NCBI RefSeq assembly: GCF_000315625.1
Contig: NW_005434586.1
Location: 119,109-183,108 of the forward strand
Source of the DNA: Guillardia theta CCMP2712
Taxonomy: Eukaryota > Protista > Cryptophyta
DNA length: 64,000 nt
Direction: 5' to 3'
Shown here piece after piece: positions 26,453 to 37,879 of the stretch. Within the stretch, counting starts at the first letter, position 1. The number at the start of each line of letters is the position of its first letter. Made by a program: the position numbers and the translations under genes. The notes under the pieces were generated by a model that was not told where the DNA came from, did no database searches, and saw nothing but the letters and a program-made list of their open reading frames with translations.

Positions 26453-28024
26453 NNNNNNNNNNNNNNNNNNNNNNNNNNNNNNNNNNNNNNNNNNNNNNNN
26501 NNNNNNNNNNNNNNNNNNNNNNNNNNNNNNNNNNNNNNNNNNNNNNNNNNNNTGCAGGCATGCATGGGGCATCATGCATCTCATGGGGCATCTCATCATG
26601 GGAGTGATGATGATGGGGATGATGATGATGGGATGATGATGATGGGGATGATGATGATGGGGATGATGATGATGGGGATGATGATGATGGGGATGATGGT
26701 GATGGGGATGATGATGGAGATGGCAATTATGATGATGATGTGTATTTGGATACAAGAATCGAGGTTGAGATCGAGATCGAGACCGTGATAGTCGTGCAGT
26801 GGTTGTCAACGACAATGATAAATCGAAAAAAATTTCATCATGACGACTCGAGTTGCAGAATCTTACAAGGTTGCAAAACGACTGGCGGAAATGTTTGACA
26901 GAAGTTACATGAGACAAGTTGGTAAGAAAAGCGTCGATGAGGGTGCTGACCAGAGTCTTCAGATCTTCTCCTCCGACACGAGAGACAAGAAGCTGGAGCA
27001 CGGGAAGCAGTGGATCGGAAAGAGAGTGAAGATCTATGACAAGAGTCGACATGTGTGGGGCAATGGAGCGGTGAGGAGATCGTGGATCAGTTCAGGAGGG
27101 ACAGGATGATGGTGTTGTAGTTGCTGTTCATTGTTGTTGTTCGTGATGATGATGATGACGATGACATTTCAACGATGCAGATCCAACAAGTCAAGGAGGG
27201 CAACTATGGTACCAAGTACTTGATTGAATGGGTCAAAGACGGAAAGATAGAACAAGTAGATCTTTGCTTCTTTCTCCGTTTTGTCGCGCTGAACTATTTT
27301 GTTCCTCTTCTCCTTCTTTTTATTCCTCATCCTCGCCCCTTGTCTCTTCTCTTCCTCAACCCCTTTCCCTCCCCTACCCTTTCCTTCCGTCTCCACCCCT
27401 TCCCTCGCCCCCTCCCTCCTTCTCTCCTTCTCTCCTCCTCCCCTTCCTTCATCACAGACGTGGCATCAGCTTCCGTCCATGGACGTGCAGGTCATGTGGG
27501 CGAAGAACCCTGCGAAGAAGCAGGCGCAGTCCTCTCCAGGTACAGCCGCCAGCCGTCGCTAGCGCAGCTGACCCTGCTGCAGGAGGAGAAGGCGTCGAAG
27601 GGACGGCAGGAAGGGGAGCAGCAGCAGCAGCAGCGAGGACCTCGTCTACGGCTGGGGGCGCTGACAGGCAAGAGGAGGCAGGACGGAGCAAAGAAGTGAA
27701 GAAGTGAGTGACTTTGAGTGCGGGAGGAGTGCCAGCATTGCCAGCATCTTGTTCCCGACTCTGACAAGCGCTCCTCTCCTCTCCTCTCCTCTCCTCTCCT
27801 CTCCTCTCCTCTCCTCTCCTCTCCTCTCCTCTCCTCTCGTGATCTCGCAGGCGGGTGGACCAGATGTCTGTTCAGGATGTCAAGCAGTTCGTCTGCAGTG
27901 TCGGTCTCAGCGAATACGCTGAAAGTTTGATGGAGAAGCAGATCGATGGCGATGCCCTCCTTCAACTCAGGTAAACCTCCTGCTCCTCTGCTCATCCTGC
28001 TGCTCCGCTCCTCCTGCTGCTCCG

Positions 28025-28114
<90 letters not shown>

Positions 28115-28447
28115 TTCCGCTCCTCCTGCTCCTCCTATCCTCGTTTCCTTCTATCGTCTTATCGCCAATTTCCGAATCTCCTCTACCAATTTCTACTTTC
28201 TTCCCCTCTTCCTCTCTCCCTCCTCTCCTCTCCTCTCCTCTTGCTTCGTTTTGACTGACATCGCAACCAGGTCAATGATTTCATCTCACGAGGCCGGGGG
28301 GATGCCCTTGTACCTCCTGATAGCTCGTGACGAGCTGGGAATCGACAAGGTGAGAAACTTTCCCAGCTGATAGACGCTGACGAGAGGCAGGTGGGACATG
28401 CGCTGAAGCTTGCTCGCCACATCCTCCTCCTTAACGATCGCACTTAG
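23843..28447 (+). CDS. Chromatin reader: bromodomain, Tudor-like, degenerate second bromodomain, Tudor-like, SAM (start uncertain; spans an N gap)
   Basis: Bromodomain LMKHDLAGPFSRPVDPEKDE|APTYYAVIETPMDLGTI...MREDVALVWWNCKQYNG. Tudor-like VGRRVKVYW...WYPGRI...FHVNYDDGEKE and WIGKRVKIYD. SAM MSVQDVKQFVCSVGLSEYAESLMEKQIDGDALLQL...VGHALKL, with TAG at 28445-28447. Confidence 0.75.
24176..24900 (+). repeat. (GAT)n-rich introns flanking a short bromodomain exon
   Basis: Two degenerate GAT tracts on either side of exon ~24630-24697. Confidence 0.9.
26275..26740 (+). repeat. (GAT)n-rich intron containing a 100-N gap (26453-26552)
   Basis: Direct tandem runs and an N run. Confidence 0.9.
28025..28113 (+). 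repeat. (CCTGCT)n hexamer repeat, intronic (reverse complement of the GGAGCA family)
   Basis: Direct tandem run. Confidence 0.95.
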
Positions 28448-28635
28448 TCATGCTGTAAACCCGAGCCCATGTCGCCTTCCCACCCCAGCTGACATGCCAG
28501 CTCAGGGATGTCATGTGTTTGCCTCTCATTCACGTTTGCTCCATGTTTACTTGTACACGTCAGTCTTATCTCGCCTCCTGCTCGCTTCGCTTCCCTTGTG
28601 CTTTATCGTACAACTTCCCCCTCCCTCCCCCTCCT

Positions 28636-31600
28636 TCAGTTCATACGATCGCTGTCGAGAGCCCAGGCGAGGAGGTCGGAGGCGAGGCCGAAGTTGAGCG
28701 GGTCCATCACCGCGCTGGTCTGGGAGAAGGAAGATGAGGAGACAGGGAGAAGCTCAGGCGGTAGGAGAAGAGCAGGGAGGAGGAGGAGGAGGAGGGTACG
28801 AAAGAGGAGAAGGATAAGGAGGAGGGTAAGGAGAGAGGAAAAGGGCAAAGAGGGAGGAGGAAGGGAGTGTGCCGCGAGGCAGGGCCGAAGAGGGGTCAGG
28901 CATGCAGCAGATACCTGGAGGAAGCCGGCGGGGGACCTTCTTCTATTAGCCGCTGCTATGAATCCTCTCACCACTCTCAGATCCTCCGCTGGCGTCGACG
29001 TGCCCCCATTGCTCTTTTCCAGACTCATCGGCCCCTCCTGTCGATGGCAGTGAGGAGGAGGTAGAGGAGGAGGAGGAGGAGGAGGAGGAGGAGGAGGAAG
29101 AGGAGGAGGAGGGAGGTGAAGGTAAGGAGGACGATCGACAAGAAAGCTGTGCTGGATCATGACGAGGAGATGGAGGGAAGGAGGAGGAAGAAGAGGAGGA
29201 GAGTGGCCCAGAAAGAAAGCGAGGAGCAGGAGAATAAGCCGAGGGGGAGTTACAAGACAAGATAACAGAGGAGGAGGAGGAGGAGAAGGAGGAGGAGGAG
29301 GAGGAGGAGGATGCAGAGAACCCGCTCGCTGCCGTCAGAAGTGCTTTCAATGCTCGTGTGGACCTGACAGCAGAGTCTCCGAGAGAGGAAGACAAGAAAT
29401 CATAACTCACCTCGCTCGGCACAGGACGTCTGGGAAACGCTTGCGAATCTTTCATCGGAGTGAAGAAACTCTGTAGGTGTTGACAATGTGACTTCAAACA
29501 AACAACGAGGACGGAGGGATGAAATAAAGACAAACACAAACATCTTGACGTCGTCATTCTCTCGTAACATCCCAGCACTCTCCCCAGCAGACTCTGTCAA
29601 ACTTACCACGTGGCCAGGCGGAGGGATAGCAGGTTCGAAACCCCTGAAAACCCGTCACAAATAGGGGCATGCTCATGGACATGACCCACAAGTCAGCTGG
29701 GGTCTTGGCCAGGTACGCCGAGGACGGGATGTTCGTTTCGTAGTTGGGGACTTGCTTCTCCTGCGGCAAGCTGGGGATGACCTGTGAAGGAAGCTTCTCT
29801 TTGGCAAAGATTTCCCTGCGACGGGTCGTTGAACTCTCTCGCTTTCCCTCGCCCGCTTCAATCACGAGGTGTAATTTGAAATCATGAGGGAGACTTTCGG
29901 ACAGACAGCCCACGTCCAGCTGTTGCTTCGAGAACTCCAGGAGCTTCGCGTCCTCAATGAAGGAGCTGTGCAGGTGAAGGACCAACATCAGCCGGTCCAC
30001 CATCCCCACAGAATCCATCAGCTCCACCCGAACCTCCTCCTCCACGAGCACCCCAGCTTCACTCGCCACCTTCAGGTTCGTCGTCCACGCGTCTTCCTTC
30101 AGCCCCTGAGCGACGACCGTCAGCCATGGCAGGCGGTCGGAGCCTCGTCTGTACCTGTTCAGCGAAGCTTCGAGACTTCCGATGATCGTATACCAGCAGG
30201 TTGTTGGAGAAGATGCGATACCAGGGCCTGTGTAGCCTGGAAGTTGATGTTAGCCAAGTCTAGCTGAAGGCAAGCTGGAGAGGGGCAAAGGAAATGACCT
30301 GATATTTGCGGTTTGAGATGTACCGAACGTCTTGAGCGCCATTATCCTGCACTTTGGAGCAGATCTGATAGTAGTGTACATGTTCATCCCATGCCTGTGA
30401 ATCCGCAATATCATCTCAATCCTTCATCCACCAACACCAACACCTCCTCAACACCTCCCCCTCCCCCTCCTTCCACATCTGATCTGGCACCAGCATCACC
30501 TCTGTTGGGCATGGAAGAAATATTGGACATATCTTTGCATGCTCGGGGTGATCCAACGAGCGATGGGTCCAACAATAACGAACTCTTGAGCGAGAGGCTC
30601 TCGAGCGGTGACGTTCTGCTGGGGCAACAGCTGGAGTTGGAACCTCTTGATGACGTTGGGGTCCCCTGCCTGTCCTGGACGATAGTTGGTCCGCTGGGCG
30701 ATGAAGAGGAGGAGAGCGTCGAGAGCAGAGGCCGCGGCTCCTGTAGCGAGCAGGAGGACACAAGACATGACGCCTGCTAGCATTGTCACATACCACAAGC
30801 TCTCGGCACAAGCACAAGTCTTCCTGCAGCTCCTATCCCATTGCGATCGTAGATGACAAACGCTGGGCTGGTCGAGTCGTCCCACCTACACCCCACCTGC
30901 CTCCTCCGCATGCAGTCGTGCAAGAGAAAGAGGCTCCGCATGTCCCTGGCGTCCTGGTCAGTCCAGTACAGAAGACGACAGAGGAGCGACCTCATTGAAG
31001 GAGGCGACGAGCCTGCCACGGGCAGGCGGATCATTCTTCGGGAAAGCCATGAGCTGAGAAAATGGTCCTGTTGGGTGAGGTTGATGATCACGTATTGGTC
31101 ATCGAACGAACTCTTCAGGTACTTGAGGATCTTTGACAACTGCAGGGGATTGGGAGTGTGCTGTGTCAGCTGAGAATGGCAGGATGGTCATGACATGGCG
31201 AACCTGGGAGGAAGAGGAGAGGGGAGAGATCATATGCCCGCTGTCTGTCGGCACGTCTCCCATGACAACGATCCTCTGATGTACTTGAGCGACGTTGACA
31301 GATCCACTTGACCAGCTTGACAAGCCGTTGCCAGTTGTCAACCACGTGAGAGTGTTCCTCATGTCTTGAACGATCTCGAGGATCCCTGCTGAGGAGGTCG
31401 AGGGAGGAGCGTGATGAGGCAACGTCGTAGTCTCTAGAGGTCGCCTGCTGCTGGGGCTATCTGTCACAGGAGGTTCCACATGAGAGTGAGAGCTGTTCTT
31501 TCTCCTGGTAGAAAAGCACCTGCACAAGCACACTCAGACATCAATCCTTATCGCATCCATGGCGAATCTTGACCCACCCTGTTGACTTTTTGTTGCTGTT

Positions 31601-33402
31601 CCTTTGCGGCTCTACGTTCATATTCGTGTGCACGCTGCTAACCTGGAGGATGGAGGCAAAACATGAGGCAAGAGAGGAGAGGATGAGGCAAGAGAGGAAA
31701 ACTTGTTAGCGAAGGGATGCAATGGGCAAGTTTCCAAACCATCTTGGAAGATTCTGTAAGGGTATTGGCTAGCACGAAACCGCCCGTAACTGCTTTGACA
31801 TTGACAGGATCCGACGAGATCATGCCGGTATTCTGTGATTCTGGCTTGTTCAGTTGGTGCGAAGATGCGATGAAAGAAATGATCCGCTCGCCTGCATCCC
31901 ATCCTTGATTCCTAACTACAAAACAAGCCTCTGTCGCACCGGAGGCTTTCATTATGGTTTCATCAGCCTGTGACAAGAAGGAAAGGTCCTTGAGCTCTAC
32001 ACGAAAGTCAAAGAAGAACTCTGACGCTTGCATACTCACTCCGTAGATCTTTCATCAGTCTCACAGCCTCGTTCTCCCAATTCCACACTTCTGACGACAC
32101 CGCCCGGTTGGGTTCGACAACATCCTTTCAAGCAAGTTAGGGGGCAACAGATAATCTCCGATTCATCACCATATCATTGCACAAGGATTGCACAGAAGTC
32201 ATGAGCGGCTGAACCAATGAGAGCGACTCTTGCAGTATCTATTGAAACCATAAAGCAGAAATCAAGGTCTCCGGGCTTCACCTGCAGGATACTAGCAAGG
32301 GAAACAACCCCTGTTACACAGTTTCCATGCATCACTGCGAGCGCATCTTCCACTCCGTCAGGCGAGCTGTAAATTGAGTCAAGCAGGAAGGCAAGCGATG
32401 GCTGAAAGGTGCAGGAACTACGTGGGTTTGAGCAGGTTGTGCAAGCATTCCATAAGTGAAGCAGTATGGCTGACTTTGCGGAGTCGGAACTGAGATGCAC
32501 AAGTCAAAAGATCAAGTCAGTGTTCCCCGATGAGACAAGCTACCTGCGAATGCTTGAAAGAGATGTTTGATTTGATGTTAAAGTTTTCCTTGTTCGAAAT
32601 GAAATGAAACAAGAATTTCATCCCAATTATGTCCTGCATTGAGGTCACAAGAATGCACGCGAAGCTCATCTATCACCTGTTGTCCATCGTCTCGCATGAG
32701 CAGCAGGTATGGATTCAACACGTTGTAGAGTGAGATGAGGCTTCCTACCCTCAAGTCATCTTCACTCACGACTCTGACTCCATGCAGGGAGCTCGCGTCA
32801 AGAGCTGTGAGGGAAGACAGCACATCAGTCGCCAAAGTGAACCACTCGTCGTCCGATGGGTCTTGTCGTCTCTGACTCTCCTGGTCGTTTCCATCAGATC
32901 TCTTCAGTGACTTCCTTATCGAGCTGTACAGCTCGTCTCCTCCTGCATCGATGTGGCTTATGATGGGTTGACTGGAGCTTGTAACGGCAGGACTGTCTGT
33001 CAGCTGCACTTCTCTCACAAACGAGGATACATCGGGACGGGAGTAAGCTGATAACAAACCATGGCTAGGTGGATGCGAAGAGATGGTTGGAGTTTGCGAC
33101 TGAGCAGTTTGCGACGGAGCCGGCGAACCACGGTTGACAGGATAAGACGCAGCAGAGTTGTATGATGCACCGGATGTGTACCCTGAGGCCAGACTGAGAG
33201 GAAGCGCCATGGCGGGAGAGCTGCTGGTTTGAGGAGAGGATGAGGTCCTCAGCATGTCCTGATGCTCCACGCTGCTTCCACCCGCATGCCCTGGCGGCTC
33301 TATCGAGCGAACGAGCCGCCGGACGTTGCCCTGCATGGTAGGGACTGGGACCCGGGATCTTGACCGAATCAACTTTACCGTAACGGTTATAACGGGCTCC
33401 AT
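28636..33402 (-). CDS. Large multi-exon protein with a PTEN/tensin-type phosphatase-like domain (catalytically dead)
   Basis: VNVAQVHQRIVVMG, ILKYLKSSFDDQYVIINLT, FVIYDRNGIGAAG, SALDALLLFIAQR and WITPSMQRYVQYF parallel the PTEN elements (ITDRIIAM, HCKAGKGRTG, VTIPSQRRYVYY). Whether this is one gene is not certain. Confidence 0.6.
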
Positions 33403-33651
33403 GGCGGGAAGCTGAATTTGCGCATGTCGTGAAATGGAGGGTAGAGGCGGAGGAGGAGGAGAAGAGAGGGGAAGGGGGAGGAGACCGAGATCGTGGAAAG
33501 AGCAGAGACCGATGCTAGCAGGAGAGAGAAGGAGGAGAGACGGATGGAAACGGTGAGCCTGAGCTTGGAAGCTTGTCCGACGAACTCATAGCAACCTGCG
33601 CGATGGGATCTTGACATCAGCAGGTTGTCTGGAATGTCAGGCAACTCTGAC

Positions 33652-36440
33652 ATGGAGAAAAAGATTGAAGAGTTGACCTGGTTTGCAACACGTTCCCATC
33701 TCTTTCTTGGTCTCAATGGTATGCAGGAACCTGCAAGCTCGGAATGGGGAAATCTCCAATCTCCGTGCCAGACTACAGAGCGCTAATGATGAGATGGACA
33801 AGCTTCGATCTCTGAACCATGAACTTGTACAGTCACGTGGTAAGGGAGGAGGTCGTCCTTCCTCCGACCTGGAGAAGGAAATCAGCCAAGTGAAGACAAA
33901 TTTGGCTTTCAAGGAGAATGAATATAATAGTCTGAGCGTGCGGTTTGGTGAGGTGGAAAGAAACCTCAAAATAGCACGAGAAAGATGTCAAGAGATTGAA
34001 TTGTCAAAGTCAAAGTTGGAACAAGAGCTTCATGCAACAAAGAAGCGCTGCATGCAAGGCGATGTTACCGCGCAAATGGTACCTGAGAGGCAAGAGAGGT
34101 ACAAGGCGCATAGACGTATTGCGATATCTGAACAAGATTTCCAGATTGTCACAGGTCCAGGTTCACAAGAGTGATTTCTCAATGCAAGTTGAAACTGACA
34201 GCATGGCCTCACACCGAAGACCAACCCTCCTCGACCCAGATTCCCGGCTGAAGCTAAAACGGCTGCGTTGCTTGAAGGCATTGTTTCCCGAGAACATCGA
34301 AGAATTCATCTCAAGCATGCAGATCGATGGTCTGACGTCTCTCGTTTGCATGACACTATGTCGTCTGATGTGCTAGATGTAGGTGAAAGTTCTGCGAATC
34401 GTTTGAGTGTGCGCAAGCCAAAGAGCGATCAATTTGCCTTGTCTGAAAATGCCATGTACAAGATGCTCTCGGCCTTTGTCAATGGCATGGTCACAGCAGA
34501 CGATTTGCGTGCTGCGATGGAGTCAAGTATCCGTAAAGAACTGCAAGACACTGGAAATCAGGCACCGAAACTTGACAGGTCTCAACGCGAGGATAGGCTT
34601 CAGGTAGAACTGATCGGTGTAGATCGACTGCAGCAAATGTGACTATGAACAGGATCTGCACATAACTCTACGCTGTCTTCATGCCCTGTTGACGATGAGT
34701 CACGTTATAAGGTTGTCGATGGCATGAACCAACTCACATTTTCATACTTACTCTGTGCGGCGAATCGCAGAGAAAGGCTGCTGGAAGAGATGCTACATGA
34801 AGATTTATCTTCTTCAGTGTCTCTCAACTCCACTGAAATTTCATCTGCTGGCAAGGTGCAAGACAATACTGGAACTGAAAGGTACAGCGATGCAGATCAG
34901 TAAGCAAAAATTTGAATTTTGTTGGAACCATGTCCAGGAACAAGAAGAATAGTCAGCGCGATAAACAGTTCGTTTTCGTTCTTTTGGCATTGACGGTCTG
35001 CAGCCAAAACCGATTTGACAAAGCCGGCTTTGTATGACTCATTTGTTCGCAGGATAGTTTCAAAGATTCATTTAAAGTCAATCTCATTCTTTTGAAGGTA
35101 AGAGATTTATTTCTCGCACCACGAGCTTGTGCGAATGAACAATTCTTTGAAGATTTTTCAAATTCTATTGGAGAATACCGATGCTGATGCACAAGTCAAG
35201 TATGAGATCCACTGTTGCATTGGAGGGTCGTGACGTTGGTGGTTTCTCAGCTGCTTCGAAGCGCTCATCACAAATGGTTGTATCGTCCGCATGCTAGGGA
35301 CCAACGAGGAGGACCCTTGGAATGATTCGAAAGTGATCGCGCTAGATGTTGCTTCCCACTTGTATCTTTCGAATTTTTCTCGTTCTCGTGTGCATTCTAA
35401 CAACATCAAGGTGCAAGTCTCGTGTGTTGGTTTCATCTTCTTTGATATTGCACCCGGGATGTAAACGATCGATGCTTAGCATGGTAATTTTCCGTTAAAT
35501 TGCTTTCTGGCTTGATATTTTGATGTCAGATCCTCGCATGTTTAGAGTTGGATTCAGATTCAGAGAAATGCTCAAACAAGTAGCTCGAGACATGTGACGG
35601 ACTTGGTCATAATGAGTGGAGCCGCAGGAAATCGAGAGCAAGACGTGAAAGGGCTTTGAGGATCTTTGCCACGGTGAGATCGAATCCTTGAGCTCCAGTG
35701 TTTGATGACACGGTCTGCACTAGATTGCCTCTCGATACAAGGATGGAATTGAAGTTGTTCTCGATGAGAAGATTGTGGGAACGATTCCGTGGAAGAGTCT
35801 TCGATATGTCTTGGGTGCGTGCAAGTGATACTCCATCGTTTATCTATGTTCATTAGCAACACAAGGAGAAGTCATTGTCGCCGAGGTTCAGAGCACCTTG
35901 AGTTCTAGTCTTGACGACTCGAAGATGGAAGTCGATCAAACGAGGGAATGGCAATTGTTGAGGGAATCGGTGAGTCGGACGTTGTAGAGTCTTTACTGCC
36001 TTTACATTTCAATGCTACAGGTCTCTTTCCTCGCATTCTTGCACACATACCTTGGGTTCAGCCAAGAAGACGTCCTCGCACTTGCAGGCAACTACTCCTA
36101 ATGATCGCCGGCTCCTCCCTGACATGCCCTCCTTGAACCCTCAGGTCACTTTGCAGGCATATGGGCTCAGCTTGTGGAGGCTGTCTCCCTCCTCAGTGAC
36201 GGTGAGAGCAGCAACACTGATCTTGTTCTGATCGTCACACACATCGCAGGAATGGTCCACCCAGACTTGGCAGACCTCGCCCGCATCGCAGGTTCTATCA
36301 AGGACTCTCTCACTGCTCACCTCCCCTCCGCTCAACATTCGGCGAGTGATCAAAACGATGGCGGAAGTCAAACGCAATTTTCTTCTTCCAACAGCCATCA
36401 GGCTGTCCTCTCCTATCCTGCGGGCGTGAGCCCGGGTTGA
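33652..36440 (+). CDS. Hypothetical multi-exon protein with an N-terminal coiled coil
   Basis: ATG at 33652 (MEKKIEELT|RNLQARNGEISNLRARLQ...), a heptad-rich ORF at 33683-34174, and further spliceable exons. No domain recognised. Confidence 0.45.
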
Positions 36441-36829
36441 GAGAGGAGCTCTCCGTCATCTTCCCTCCTCTTATTCTGTGCTTAGATCGAACAAACTCAA
36501 CAAGTGATACCCATGGCTCTGCTTCAGATCGTTGGAGGGTTTGAGACACGAAGATGAAATTTATCCCTTGTGGATGGGAAACCACTAGCTGCATGTTTAC
36601 AGCTGTATGATTCACAATCTCTGATGTCTATCCCCTGGATCCATGCTTGACCTTTCTGAGCTGATGTTTCTATCCGAGTCAGTCGCTGCTCAGGCTACTC
36701 CACAGCTGCCCCACCTCGCCATTCCTTCTCCCACATCTCTCCTCCTCTCATTCGGATCATGGATCTGTTCTTTCCCCTGCCAAGGAGACTCGGAGCACGA
36801 AGTCACCATGCCGACAGCAAGTCACCGCA

Positions 36830-37870
36830 TGGGATAGGTAAATGTCACCTCATTCCTCTCCGAACCCAACAGACTCAACGCAATCCCCACACCCCCATTT
36901 TGAGGCATAATGTCAGGGTAGGGGTATTTTTAGGAGTAAAATCCAGTCCTGCAGGTACTGTAGACTTAATTCAACAGGGTGGGGTCCTTTGGGATGGGGT
37001 GGCGAGATCTAGTGCTCTTCTCGGGTTGGGGTGTTTTCCCTTTCTTCCCCCACATAGAGGGGGTAGGGGTATTTTCTGAAGGGGTGTTATGGGCCCCAAC
37101 CTGGAGGCCCCACCCAGTATTTCCCATCACCAACCCCTCCTACAACCCGTACCACCCATCCCCCACAAACTCATCAGCAGCCGTTTCCGTCCCCTACATG
37201 TTAACTAATAATAAATGTACCATGTACCCCCTATCAGCCTATTAGAAACGACCCCTTATTATGATGACCCCCTTTTCATGACCCACCCCCTAAATCAACT
37301 TTAGTAGTGCATCGGGATCAGTCCACCCCACCCATACTAGTACCAGCTCCTTTCTATTCTGAATAGGGGGTACGGTAGGGGATGGACCGGCCCGGGTTCG
37401 CCGAATCACAGTCAAGAGAAAAGGGTGGGGTGCAGTGATAATAAAGATCTCACAGTGGGTGGGTAGGTATTAACTTCATTGAAGGTGGGGTAGTTGGCTT
37501 GGCAGGGTCCTGTCACTCTAGTACTGGTAGAAACGGCCCAATTTGAGGGCAATGGATGGGGTGTTGAGGGGGTCAGAACAGGGGGTAAGCGTTCGTTGCC
37601 AGGGATACTTATGGAGGAGGGGTGGTTGGAAAAGGTGTGGTATCTGAACTAGAAAATGGGGGTCCAGAAAGATCGGAGATGGTGGTAGGCCCCTGGTCAG
37701 TACCCTATATGCTTGTAGGGGTGGTTGGTATTAGAGGGTGTAGTGGAGGCCCTGGGGACTCATCCAGGCTGGTGTATCAGGAGGTGGGGGTTCGAGTGAG
37801 AGTAGTGCAATTTAGTCTTGGCGGTGGGGTGGCCACAGATTGAGGCGATTGGGGGTGGTGGGTCCAAGAA
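36830..37870. repeat. ~1-kb GGGGT/ACCCC-rich non-coding element
   Basis: GGGTAGGGGTATTTT occurs twice (36916, 37061). G-rich and C-rich blocks alternate, and there is no credible ORF. Confidence 0.5.
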
Positions 37871-37879
37871 TGGAGAGCA

